Origin: an uncultured Nitrospirales bacterium | Lineage (GTDB): Bacteria; Hydrogenedentota; Hydrogenedentia; Hydrogenedentales; SCBR16-9 | DNA length: 64,000 nucleotides | NCBI GenBank assembly: GCA_964537975.1 | Contig: CAZIDP010000021.1 | Span: 4,264 to 68,263 of the forward strand | Reading direction: 5' to 3' | Shown here: positions 50,174 to 61,658 of the stretch, in pieces | How the letters are laid out: the number at the start of each line of letters is the position of its first letter | How positions within the stretch are numbered: position 1 is the stretch's first letter | Notes under the pieces: generated by a model | The model's input: only the letters and a program-made list of their open reading frames with translations | Database searches by the model: none | Told to the model about the DNA's origin: nothing | Made by a program: the position numbers and the translations under genes

Positions 50174-51205
50174 TCACCCACATCCTGATGAACCCCGCGC
50201 TACCAAATACGGTTGTAACAGTATTTCATCCAGCTCCTGCTTTCGGTTATCTATCATCCGAAATAATGACTGTACCATGTCAGCACCCAATTCAGATTTC
50301 GGGAGCCCGATGCTGCTGAGGCCAGGAGTCGCGAAATAAGCCAGCTCTGAATCGTTACATCCCACAATCTTCACCTGATCGGGCACTTGAATGCCTTGTC
50401 GGTTTAATACATATTTGCCATGCAGCGCTACGTCATCCGCAATAGATACCAGCCCGTCGATTTTATGCTTGTGAATCAATTCAAGAAATTCCTGGTCCAT
50501 CTCTGGAACACCGCGATCCAGGAAAAGGCTTGTGATATCCGGTTTCGGTTTCCCATGGGCCTTCAAAGCTTCAAGATAACCTGCTTCGCGGGCTTGATGT
50601 ATTATTTTCAGGTAATCGCCCTGGGTATAGATTGGGGCTGACAAAAATGCAACACGTTTGCATCCTTGTTGAATGAGGTGCTCGGCAGCAATACGTCCTA
50701 CTTCATAGTCATTGAACGTCATGAAAAGAAAGGGTGCTTCTGAATCCGCACGACGTCGGAACAGAATCGTGGGAATTTTGTAATTGGTAAGAATTTTCAG
50801 GTGGGGAGCATGCACATCTACTGGAAGAATGATGATACCATCAATGCGACGTGCTATCAGGCTGTTAATATAGGCCTTTTCACGTTCCACGTCATCAAAG
50901 GTGCTGCCAAACAGTGTCTGGAAATCACGTTGCTCCGCTTTCAGCTCTATACTGCGCAGCAAACCAGCATAAAAATCTGAAAAATGGGGTGCCATAAGCG
51001 CGATGAGGTGGTTGTGCTCTTTTTTTAGTAACGCCGCACTCCGGTTAGGTACATAACCGAGTTGCTCCGCGATATCTCGAATACGTTTCGCAGTATCCGG
51101 GCTGATGCGGTATTCCCGATCACGACCACTCAGCACATACGATGCAGTCGCCTTTGATACACGTGCCATTTTGGCAATTTCGTTCAGGGTGATACGTTCA
51201 CCCAT
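50174..51205 (-). CDS. LacI-family transcriptional regulator
   Basis: HTH ITLNEIAKMARVSKATASYVLSG followed by a periplasmic-binding-protein-like sugar-binding domain. Confidence 0.9.
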   Translation of the reverse strand: MGERITLNEIAKMARVSKATASYVLSGRDREYRISPDTAKRIRDIAEQLGYVPNRSAALLKKEHNHLIALMAPHFSDFYAGLLRSIELKAEQRDFQTLFGSTFDDVEREKAYINSLIARRIDGIIILPVDVHAPHLKILTNYKIPTILFRRRADSEAPFLFMTFNDYEVGRIAAEHLIQQGCKRVAFLSAPIYTQGDYLKIIHQAREAGYLEALKAHGKPKPDITSLFLDRGVPEMDQEFLELIHKHKIDGLVSIADDVALHGKYVLNRQGIQVPDQVKIVGCNDSELAYFATPGLSSIGLPKSELGADMVQSLFRMIDNRKQELDEILLQPYLVARGSSGCG

Positions 51206-51357
51206 AGTGCAGCCTCCCGAAGCCCATGTTATGCGTATATTTCACATTAGCTGAACCGGTTGTGCTGAGAGTATACAACAGCTTATTTGATTTGTCAACA
51301 CTTTTATTTTTTATTTTTCGGATTTCCTGGGCCTCTGTTCCATACAACTTCTTATGT

Positions 51358-51394
51358 AGCAAAAAAAAGAAGGCGCACAAAAATACGCCCTCCG
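51358..51394 (-). terminator. Candidate rho-independent terminator after the 51436-52653 gene
   Basis: Minus strand: AGGGCG, tatttttgtg, CGCCTT followed by CTTTTTTTTG. Confidence 0.4.
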
Positions 51395-51435
51395 AAATTA
51401 AATTCTATATCAGCTACTTTACTTTTCCGAATGAG

Positions 51436-52653
51436 TCAATCTGTCCAAGCCACAAGTGGGGGGGTGGCATAATCCGCGTAACGATCAGCGACTTTGGCAG
51501 CTTCAACATCACCGGAATGTACATAAACACGATAGTTAAAGGTAATAGATTCACCAGCCTCCAGTGGCATGTCACCTTGCTCCATTGGCAAGAGACCTTC
51601 ATTGTACGGGGCACCTTTAAAGTCATGATATCCAAAGCAATTCGCAGCCATCAGCCCATAATTGCGTACATGCCATGATGTGGGATGCCGGGGATTGTCG
51701 GGATGATCGAAAATGGAGAGGCCACGCCAGCCAACTTCCAAGTTGGCTGAAAAATCACACCAAGGTGATGGCTTACCCCACAGGGCACTTTCTCCTACAT
51801 CCCCATGCGCATTGGTAATTACGGCGTTATCAGAGATGTCCGGATGCATCCGCACAGCCAGCATACCCGCTTCTTTGGTATCGCGTAAGGTCACTGAACC
51901 ATAATTCATGTTCAGCGTAATGTGGGTATCCATAAGACGGCCATTAACAGGAGAAGCATAAAACCGGTATTCACGTGTTTCATCAAACTTGGGTGCGCCA
52001 TCGGCATCCAGCCAGGACAATTCAAGAGCAATCCAGCCGTAGGCATCGCCAGAACCATAGGAAACTTCATTAATTCGCTGCTCGCTCGCGTCTGTACCCA
52101 TGTGCCAAGTGTTGCCATTGTCATATTCCCCATGTGCTGTCCACATGGATGTATGGTGGACATGGTCTGTCGCACGATCCGATTCAATCATCGGCCAGTC
52201 TCGTGTAATACTGATGTCTCCTTCACCTCTGACAGGCCACAGGAATGGTTTGTTAAATTCATGCTTTACATGAAAGCTGGTGAAGTGCTTGTCTTCGATC
52301 ACTACTGCCAGTACAGCACCTTCTTCTTGTGCTTCAACAACTACTTTTGGCACATAATCATCAGGCTTGTCTGTTACTTGCACCGCATATCGGTGCTCCG
52401 CACCGGGTACCGCACCTTCAGGTATAAATACCAATTCTCCATTGCGTACTGTTGCAGGGTAGCGATTACCAGTCGATGGTTGTATTACGTAAACGAGACC
52501 ATCAGGTGCTTCTCCATCCCAAGTCAAAGATATGGGTACATTCTGACGCGGCGAATCGCCAGCAACAAGGCTCATTTCTCGACCATCGCGGGCAGATGCT
52601 GTCATGGTACATAACAGAACGAGGATTAAGCAGAGTTGTATCACTAATCTCAT
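51436..52653 (-). CDS. Secreted hypothetical protein (signal peptide; function unknown, possibly a DUF6807/PmoA-like beta-sandwich)
   Basis: The likely start is MRLVIQLCLILVLLCTMTASA, with an AAGGAAAGGA RBS; the track ORF starts 36 codons earlier. No catalytic motif recognised. Confidence 0.55.
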   Translation of the reverse strand: MRLVIQLCLILVLLCTMTASARDGREMSLVAGDSPRQNVPISLTWDGEAPDGLVYVIQPSTGNRYPATVRNGELVFIPEGAVPGAEHRYAVQVTDKPDDYVPKVVVEAQEEGAVLAVVIEDKHFTSFHVKHEFNKPFLWPVRGEGDISITRDWPMIESDRATDHVHHTSMWTAHGEYDNGNTWHMGTDASEQRINEVSYGSGDAYGWIALELSWLDADGAPKFDETREYRFYASPVNGRLMDTHITLNMNYGSVTLRDTKEAGMLAVRMHPDISDNAVITNAHGDVGESALWGKPSPWCDFSANLEVGWRGLSIFDHPDNPRHPTSWHVRNYGLMAANCFGYHDFKGAPYNEGLLPMEQGDMPLEAGESITFNYRVYVHSGDVEAAKVADRYADYATPPLVAWTD

Positions 52654-52824
52654 TGATATTGATTCCTTTCCTTTGAAACAACTACAAAATGGACATAATA
52701 CTATGAATTGTTTTGTATATTCCAGAATAGGTACTCTATCACACCTGCACTTGATCATCAAGAAATGCCTTCATGACCAACAAGTAAAACAAGTAAAAAG
52801 AAAGCATTCAATAAACAAGCTGCA

Positions 52825-52870
52825 ATAAAAAATCCGGGCCAACGCTGAAGTTCATCAGCATGAGCCCGGA
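52825..52870 (-). terminator. Candidate rho-independent terminator after groEL
   Basis: Minus strand: stem TCCGGGC ... GCCCGGA with an internal 4-bp sub-stem, followed by ATTTTTTATT. Confidence 0.45.
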
Positions 52871-52912
52871 GGAGATGGTAGAAATTGAAAACCTGTGGGT
52901 ATAGGCAGAGTC

Positions 52913-54679
<1,767 letters not shown>

Positions 54680-54706
54680 TTAGCACTCCATTGAATCGAG
54701 TGCTAA
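54680..54706. promoter_or_regulatory. CIRCE operator (HrcA binding site) TTAGCACTC-N9-GAGTGCTAA upstream of groEL
   Basis: Perfect match to the CIRCE consensus, about 110 nt upstream of the groEL start. Confidence 0.8.
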
Positions 54707-54838
54707 CAGCCAAAATTCTATCATAATGAACTTACCGTGTCAAGCAGTTTTATGAACAATACTTGACGATAATGCGCTATATCATGATGAAGTGACTCAA
54801 AAACAGAACTGGTTCAGTTCAGCCCTGACAAATAATGA

Positions 54839-54876
54839 CCGGGGCGTATGTTGCCTTGTGGTTTGATACGCCCCGG
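54839..54876 (-). terminator. Rho-independent terminator after the 2-oxoacid dehydrogenase E1 gene
   Basis: Perfect 11-bp stem CCGGGGCGTAT ... ATACGCCCCGG, followed on the minus strand by TCATTATTTGTC. Confidence 0.55.
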
Positions 54877-54922
54877 CCAAGCACTACAGTAAGTAAATTA
54901 TCATAATTACCTACTGTATAGT

Positions 54923-57454
54923 TTATTTAACACCATACTTCGACAAAGCTATCATTTCTTCTTCAGAACGTAACAACTGGGGTTGATATCCGGGTAGTGG
55001 CTTGATCTGCTGGTGGTAGGCATCCAGGAACCAGAAATCCTGCGGGAAGAAATCTTCTTCTTTCTCAGCAGGCGGCACGATCCAATTATGCGCGCCTAGC
55101 ACGACCGGTGGAGCATCCAGATAATCAAAGGCCATCTGGGTTACATTACCGGCTACTGTATGCAGGTAACTTCCACGCTCACAGGCGTCACTGGCAAGTA
55201 TCAGCTTACCAGTCTTCTTCAGGGAATTGACCAGAATTTCATAATCGAACGGTACCAGACTACGGCCGTCAATCAGCTCCACAGAGATGCCATATTCTTT
55301 TTCCATCTTTTGGGCAGCATCCCAAGCACGATATAATGTGGCGCCGAAGGTGAGGATGGTCAGGTCTTTACCTTCTTTGACGACGTTGGGCAGACCGATA
55401 GGTACTCTGTAGTAATCTTTCGGCACCCCACCTTTGTGGAAAATTTCGGTTTGTGATGAGTACAGGCGTTGACTCTCGAAAAAGACCACCGGATCCGAAC
55501 CACTGAGGGCGGTGGCCAACATTCCTTTGGCATCGTACGGTGTGGCGGGGAAGACCACCTTCAGTCCCGGTATGTGGGCGCATAAGGCTGTCCAGTCCTG
55601 GGAGTGCTGGGCACCGTACTTATTGCCCACAGACACCCGCAATACTACTGGCATCTTGCAATAACCACCCGACATGGATTGCCATTTCGAAAGCTGGTTA
55701 AAAACTTCATCGCCAGCACGACCCAGGAAGTCACAGTACATGAGTTCGACGAGTGCCTTGCCGCCTTCCAGTGCGTAACCAACTGCGGTACCGACAATAG
55801 CGGCCTCAGAAATGGGTGAATTGAAAAGACGATGATAGGGCAACACTTCTGTTAAGCCTTGGTATACAGCAAAGGCACCACCCCAGTCACGATTTTCTTC
55901 GCCATATGCTACCAGTCGGTGATCATTGTAGAAATGATGAATAACCGTTTCAAACAGGGCCTCACCATAGGTGATTGCTTTGTTGCCCTTTAATACCTGG
56001 CCGTCTTCTGCGATCCCACTACGTGACTTTTTGTTAATGATTTTAAAACGTGGGCTTTCTTCCATAGGTGCCAGGACGTCGGTATCGTACTTTAGTCCGG
56101 GCAGTTCTTCTTCTATCTCATTGGAATAAATGATCTGAGATACGCCCTGGTGCGGGGTCAAGACCATTCGAGGTGACAATTCCGGATCAATAGCCAGCTT
56201 ACATGCCTTGGAGCATTTGCGCACCGCGTATTCCTTGATAGCGTCGATGTCGTCCTGCTTTACGACGCCAGCTTCCAGCAGCTTGTCGCCAAATTCGACA
56301 ATCGGGTCAACCTTTCGCCACATCTCAATTTCATCGCGCTCACGATAAGAGGACTGATCGCTGGGGGAGTGGCCGGTCTGGCGGTAGCATTGCACCTCAA
56401 GCAGGATTGGTCCACGCCCTTCCTGTATCAGGCCCATCTTGCGTTTATAGGCGTCTGCAACACTCAAAGGATTGTTGCCGTCAACACATTCCGCATGCAT
56501 GTTTTCAGGATTGACACCAGCTCCAACACGGGCAATGCGTTCAATCCCCATAGTTTCACCTATGGGCTGACCACCCATGCCATAGAAGTTGTTCATGAAG
56601 TTGAAGACAATTGGAAGACCGCCCTGATACTCTTTGTCCCATAACTTGTGGAATTGTGCCATGGAAGCAAAGCCAAGTGCTTCCCAGACAGGACCGCAAC
56701 CCAACGAAGCATCTCCAATATTCGCTACGGTGATACCACCAGCTTTTTGAACCTTTTTGAATAATGCGGAGCCGGTCGCGATGTCGGCGCTGCCGCCCAC
56801 CAGAGCATTGTTCGGGAAAATGCCGAATGGTGTGAAGAACACATGCATGGAGCCACCCATGCCTTTATTAAAGCCGGTTTCCTTGCCAAAAATTTCAGCA
56901 AGCAATCCAAACAGCAGGTAGTCAATACCGCGTTCTTCGTCTTCTGTGCTGCTGAATGGGTTACGGACACCTGCCTTCAAGACCGACCAGTCCGGATTAT
57001 GATCTTCCACTATCTTTAATATAGTGCCATCAAAATAGGATTCCATCAAGGTTTGTAATGATGCACCTTGAAGTTCATCTACTGCGCGTAAGCCCTTGGC
57101 AATTACTTCACCATGGCTACGGTGACTTCCGAAGATGTGATCATTAACTTTCAGATGGAAACATTCACCGACAGCGGCTGCCTCCTGTCCTGTAGACAGA
57201 TGCGCCGGGCCCAGGTGGTTGTAATCAATCCCCTGATAACTTTGAACTTTTTTGATGCTGTCAAGCATGCTTTCAAATTCACGAATCAAAACCATGTCTC
57301 GGAAAACCCGAACAAGTTTGCTGGCATTGATGTCGGAGTTATCTTTTAGTTCTTGTTTGATTGTTTTCTTATATACGTTGACCGGGATTGTACCCAGTTT
57401 TAAATTGTCACTTTTCCGGACATCTTCCGGAATAACCATTAATTGTTTAGCCAT
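54923..57454 (-). CDS. 2-oxoacid dehydrogenase E1 component, fused alpha-beta (TPP-dependent)
   Basis: 843 aa. The N-terminal half carries the TPP motif IGDASLG...NN. The C-terminal half has the transketolase-like pyrimidine-binding and C-terminal domains of E1 beta. Confidence 0.85.
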   Translation of the reverse strand: MAKQLMVIPEDVRKSDNLKLGTIPVNVYKKTIKQELKDNSDINASKLVRVFRDMVLIREFESMLDSIKKVQSYQGIDYNHLGPAHLSTGQEAAAVGECFHLKVNDHIFGSHRSHGEVIAKGLRAVDELQGASLQTLMESYFDGTILKIVEDHNPDWSVLKAGVRNPFSSTEDEERGIDYLLFGLLAEIFGKETGFNKGMGGSMHVFFTPFGIFPNNALVGGSADIATGSALFKKVQKAGGITVANIGDASLGCGPVWEALGFASMAQFHKLWDKEYQGGLPIVFNFMNNFYGMGGQPIGETMGIERIARVGAGVNPENMHAECVDGNNPLSVADAYKRKMGLIQEGRGPILLEVQCYRQTGHSPSDQSSYRERDEIEMWRKVDPIVEFGDKLLEAGVVKQDDIDAIKEYAVRKCSKACKLAIDPELSPRMVLTPHQGVSQIIYSNEIEEELPGLKYDTDVLAPMEESPRFKIINKKSRSGIAEDGQVLKGNKAITYGEALFETVIHHFYNDHRLVAYGEENRDWGGAFAVYQGLTEVLPYHRLFNSPISEAAIVGTAVGYALEGGKALVELMYCDFLGRAGDEVFNQLSKWQSMSGGYCKMPVVLRVSVGNKYGAQHSQDWTALCAHIPGLKVVFPATPYDAKGMLATALSGSDPVVFFESQRLYSSQTEIFHKGGVPKDYYRVPIGLPNVVKEGKDLTILTFGATLYRAWDAAQKMEKEYGISVELIDGRSLVPFDYEILVNSLKKTGKLILASDACERGSYLHTVAGNVTQMAFDYLDAPPVVLGAHNWIVPPAEKEEDFFPQDFWFLDAYHQQIKPLPGYQPQLLRSEEEMIALSKYGVK

Positions 57455-57530
57455 TGTCCATTGACCTTTTTTGTTGCGCGTATCGACTTCGAGCCGCTGT
57501 TTTTGAATTTATCCCCTGAACCTGGTCTGC

Positions 57531-58910
57531 CTAGTAATCGGCATTCTCAAGTATCTCTTTCAAGCGGCCCAGGAACTGTGCCGCAACTGCACCATCGATG
57601 ACCCTGTGATCACTCGACAAGGTTACTTTCATGATTGGTCGCACATGGATGCCCCCGTCAATGACAACAGGCCGGTCTTTGATTTGGCCGACTGCCAGTA
57701 TGGCACTGTCCGGTTGATTGATAATGGCAGTAAAATGGTCCACGCCGAAGACGCCCAGATTCGATACGGTAAAGGTGTTGCCGGTGTAATCTTCCGGAGT
57801 CAACTTTCCAGTACGTGCTTTTTCAGCCAGTACCTTGCTTTCCCTGCTGATGTCCTGTAGCGATTTCTTCTGCATCTGCTTAATTACCGGCACAATAAGT
57901 CCAGTCGGCAAGGTCACTGCAAAACCGATATTGATGTCTTGTAATTCTTCGATTGCATCGCCCAACCACCGGGAATTAACAACGGGGTAGTCCTGAATGG
58001 CACGAGCACATGCCCGCAGAACCAGCTCATTAAATGAAGGTTTGAAATCACCCAGTCCGGTGCGATATGCCATGGACTTTTTCATATCTACTTCAATTGT
58101 GATATAGAAATGGGGTGCACCAAACTTGCTCTCGATCATCCGCTGGGCAATGACCTTGCGCATCGGAGAAAGTGGTGTCACCTTGCCATCGCCGGAAGGC
58201 GCAATTGGCTGTATGGCCTGTTTTGGAACGGAAGCTGAAGTAGCAGGAACTGTGCCACCCTCAAGAGCTGAGGCGATGTCTTCTTTTACGACACGGCCAC
58301 TGGGACCAGTACCTTCAACGGTTGTGAGGTCTATTCCGCCCATCTTTGCCATGCGACGCGCAGAAGGTGAGCTTGCAACAGCCTCTTGACCAGCCTCATA
58401 GGCCAACACATCGGCTTCAAGCACGCGACCGTGTGGGCCGCTACCATCCAGTTGCGTTAAATCTACATCATGCGAATCAGCAGTTTTTCGGGCACGCGGT
58501 GAGGCAAATCCTGATGTTGTAGAAACTTTTGCAGTAGAACCAGATGACGCGACTTCAACCTCTGGTTCTGGAGCAACTTCTGTCTTGGCTTCTTCTACCT
58601 TTGGAGACTCTGCTTCTGCTGGTGCTGCACTTCCGCTCCCTGTAGCATATTGGGCGAGATCAGGAATTGCTTCTCCGGCATCACCGACCAATGCCACAAC
58701 AGTGAAAACAGGGACTTCTTCGTCTTCCTGCACCAGAATTTTACGAAGGGTACCTTCCTCTGCAGATTCATATTCGATTTCTGCCTTGTCAGTCTGAATG
58801 GTAAAAATAGGTTCACCAACAGCAATGCTGTCACCTTCTTTTTTTAACCATTGCACAATGGAGGCCTCTTCCACCGATTGCCCCAACTGCGGCATTTTAA
58901 TTTCTTTCAT
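57531..58910 (-). CDS. Dihydrolipoamide acyltransferase (E2) of a 2-oxoacid dehydrogenase complex
   Basis: Lipoyl domain IQTDKAEIEYESAEEG. Ala/Pro-rich linkers. Catalytic SSDHRVIDGA. Confidence 0.9.
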   Translation of the reverse strand: MKEIKMPQLGQSVEEASIVQWLKKEGDSIAVGEPIFTIQTDKAEIEYESAEEGTLRKILVQEDEEVPVFTVVALVGDAGEAIPDLAQYATGSGSAAPAEAESPKVEEAKTEVAPEPEVEVASSGSTAKVSTTSGFASPRARKTADSHDVDLTQLDGSGPHGRVLEADVLAYEAGQEAVASSPSARRMAKMGGIDLTTVEGTGPSGRVVKEDIASALEGGTVPATSASVPKQAIQPIAPSGDGKVTPLSPMRKVIAQRMIESKFGAPHFYITIEVDMKKSMAYRTGLGDFKPSFNELVLRACARAIQDYPVVNSRWLGDAIEELQDINIGFAVTLPTGLIVPVIKQMQKKSLQDISRESKVLAEKARTGKLTPEDYTGNTFTVSNLGVFGVDHFTAIINQPDSAILAVGQIKDRPVVIDGGIHVRPIMKVTLSSDHRVIDGAVAAQFLGRLKEILENADY

Positions 58911-58962
58911 ATTTGATTCCTAAGTTCGAGTTGGAAACCGTGGGTGATGCTATTACCCAATT

Positions 58963-59003
58963 AGTCCGCGAAGTGTATTCGCATACACCATGTTTCGCGG
59001 ACT
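58963..59003. promoter_or_regulatory. Nested perfect hairpin AGTCCGCGAA[GTGTAT-tcgc-ATACAC]catgtTTCGCGGACT between the deoR-like gene and the E2 gene
   Basis: 10-bp outer stem plus 6-bp inner stem. No U-tract on either strand, so it is not a classical terminator. It may be an operator or an RNA structure. Confidence 0.3.
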
Positions 59004-59180
59004 GGACTGAAAACAGGATGCGTAGGCCGCACTGCTTGCCCATGGAGTATACGTATATATATAAACCGTTCCACCTCACCTGATCAGAATTTCGGTGTAC
59101 GGAGTAAACCGCCGTAAGTAGTTCAAGACACAATTAGTACTTTGTACTGCTGTATAGGGGAAAATAAACTAAATAGAATC

Positions 59181-59993
59181 TCAGACTCGGTAAAGCGTAA
59201 TTCCTTGACGTTCCACCTCGCGGGCAAAACTGTCTTCCATTTCTCTGTCTGTAACAAGCACATCAACATCTTGCAATTTGCCTGCATTCACAAAAGAAAT
59301 ATTGCCCACTTTGCCGCTGTGCGCGAGCACAATGACTTCATGAGCCCGCTTTATAACCAGCTCCTTCGTGAATGCCTCCGCAGGGTCAGTTGTTGTCAAC
59401 CCTTCTGCCAAGGTCAAACCCAGTGTGCCCATGAACGCTTTATCGATATTGAGTTCACTCAGAAGATGACGTGTCAGCGCGCCGACCATGGTCTGGCTCA
59501 ATCGTCGAAGCTCACCTCCTATAAGGATCAGTTTTGGTCCCCCACCTGCCAGCTCCCATGCTGCACGCAGGGAATTTGTCACAACAGTGATGTTACTGCG
59601 ATCGCGTATCAGGCGTGTAAGCTCAAGTACTGTACTTCCACCATCAAGATATATCGTGTCACGTGATTCAATCAGGCTGGCAGCAAATTCTGCTATGCGG
59701 AATTTTTCCCGACGAGCGATAGATGCTTTGTCGTCAAACAGTGGTTCTTCAGCACGCTGCCCTTCCAGAACAGCACCCCCATGAATGCGCCGTACTTCTC
59801 CCAGACGTTCCAGCTCTTCCAGGTCTCTTCGTACGGTTGCCGGGGAGACCGACAACTGCATGCACAACTCGTCTACCCGCACGACATGGTTTTCATGTAA
59901 AATACCGCGTAAGCGGTCCAGTCGTTGCGGTGCAAGCTCTTTTTGTTTTTGAAGGGTTTGTGCCATGCCTGAATCTGTGATCAATGGTAGCAT
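59181..59993 (-). CDS. DeoR-family transcriptional regulator
   Basis: N-terminal DeoR HTH (RLDRLRGILHENHVVRVDELCMQLSVSPATVRRDLEELE) and a C-terminal DeoRC sugar-phosphate-binding domain. Confidence 0.85.
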   Translation of the reverse strand: MLPLITDSGMAQTLQKQKELAPQRLDRLRGILHENHVVRVDELCMQLSVSPATVRRDLEELERLGEVRRIHGGAVLEGQRAEEPLFDDKASIARREKFRIAEFAASLIESRDTIYLDGGSTVLELTRLIRDRSNITVVTNSLRAAWELAGGGPKLILIGGELRRLSQTMVGALTRHLLSELNIDKAFMGTLGLTLAEGLTTTDPAEAFTKELVIKRAHEVIVLAHSGKVGNISFVNAGKLQDVDVLVTDREMEDSFAREVERQGITLYRV

Positions 59994-60258
59994 CTTGAAA
60001 GTTTATGGTGGAATGTATTAGAATCATGCTCGCTTCAATCAAAAGCAATCATACCTGATTTATTTCACACATTGCAAGCATTCTGATTTTTCTGATAGTC
60101 CAAAGTAGTGTTCACCGGAACCGGCAGAGGAGCGCCTCGGGCCTGTTTCGATAATTCTAATAAAAAGCAACAAACAACCCAAAACATGGGCCGATGCAAC
60201 GGATCAGTAGCTTCGGCAGTATCCGAACGCCGCGGCGCTCAAAAATGAAAGGCAACCC

Positions 60259-61533
60259 ATGGAAAAAACGCTCGCATTACGTCTTTATGGTAAAAATGAT
60301 GTCCGATTGGAAGAATTTGAACTTCCGGAGATCAAGGACAACGAAATTCTGGCAGACGTATACAGCGACAGTATCTGCATGTCTACCTACAAAGTGTTAC
60401 AGCAAGGTGAAGACCATAAGCGTGTGCCACCGGGACTTGCAGAAAATCCCATAATCGTCGGGCATGAAATTTGTGGTCATATCCTCAAACTGGGAAAAAA
60501 CTTTGAAGGTAAGTACAAGATCGGCCAGAAATACAGTGTGCAACCTGCCATGAATTATCCGGGCAAAGAATGGCATGCGCCTGGTTATTCCTTCCCTTAC
60601 TTCGGTGGCAACGCCACCAAGGTGATCATTCCTCATGAAATCATGGACATGGACTGTCTGCTGACCTACGATGGTGAGGGCTATTTCATGGGTTCACTCG
60701 TGGAAGTGATGTCTTGTATCGTCGGTGGTTTCAATGTCCAATATCACTTTGAGCATGGCAGTTACCAACACGAGATGGGCATTGTTGAGGGAGGTGCTCT
60801 GGCGCTTCTCGGCGGTACCGGTCCGATGGGTCTTGGTGCTATTGATTATGCCATTCACGGTCCACGCAAACCCAAAACACTATTGGTCACAGACATCGAT
60901 CAGGCTCGCCTTGACCGTGCGGAGCATCTTTTCTCCAAAGAGGAAGCCCGGAAAAACGGGGTTGATGTGCATTACGTCAATACAAGCTCAGCAAGTAACC
61001 AGGACCTGATAGACCTGGCCGACGGTGTGGGGTACCATGATGCATTCGTTTTTGCGCCTGTACCGGCTCTGGTGGAACAAGCCAGTGACATCATGTGTGA
61101 AAATGGCTGTCTGAATTTCTTTGCCGGTCCTACGAACACAGAGTTCAAGTCAACGATTAACTTCTATAAGGTACATTACGCAGCCCATCACGTTGCCGCG
61201 AACAGCGGTGGTAACACGGAAGACATGCGCATTGCGCTGAAGTATATGAGTGAAGGCAAGCTGAACCCAGCCATTATGATTACCCATGTTGGTGGTTTGG
61301 ACAGCACTGCGGATACGCTGGCCAATCTGCCCAATATCGGTGGTGGCAAAAAACTGGTTTACAACCACATCTCCCTGCCGATGACTGCTATCGATGACTT
61401 TGAATCATTGGGGAAAGACAATGAGTTGTTCCGGAATCTGGCGGAAATATGCGCACGTCATGATGGTTTGTGGTCTGTAGAAGCAGAGGATTATTTGCTC
61501 AACAACGCACCCAAGATGCCCGGCGTGGAATAG
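60259..61533 (+). CDS. Zinc-dependent alcohol/polyol dehydrogenase (MDR superfamily)
   Basis: GHEICGHI zinc-ligand motif, GroES-like N-terminus, Rossmann GLGAIDYAI. 424 aa. Confidence 0.8.
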   Translation: MEKTLALRLYGKNDVRLEEFELPEIKDNEILADVYSDSICMSTYKVLQQGEDHKRVPPGLAENPIIVGHEICGHILKLGKNFEGKYKIGQKYSVQPAMNYPGKEWHAPGYSFPYFGGNATKVIIPHEIMDMDCLLTYDGEGYFMGSLVEVMSCIVGGFNVQYHFEHGSYQHEMGIVEGGALALLGGTGPMGLGAIDYAIHGPRKPKTLLVTDIDQARLDRAEHLFSKEEARKNGVDVHYVNTSSASNQDLIDLADGVGYHDAFVFAPVPALVEQASDIMCENGCLNFFAGPTNTEFKSTINFYKVHYAAHHVAANSGGNTEDMRIALKYMSEGKLNPAIMITHVGGLDSTADTLANLPNIGGGKKLVYNHISLPMTAIDDFESLGKDNELFRNLAEICARHDGLWSVEAEDYLLNNAPKMPGVE

Positions 61534-61658
61534 AATAAACTACTAAGCAAATCATCAGAAAATTATCTGTCAGAAAAGAGCCTGGACCTGTCAAAGGATA
61601 AGTCCAGGCTCTTTGTTGCTGCAAAAATTTCACTATTGAATTATTTGTACATCCTGTA

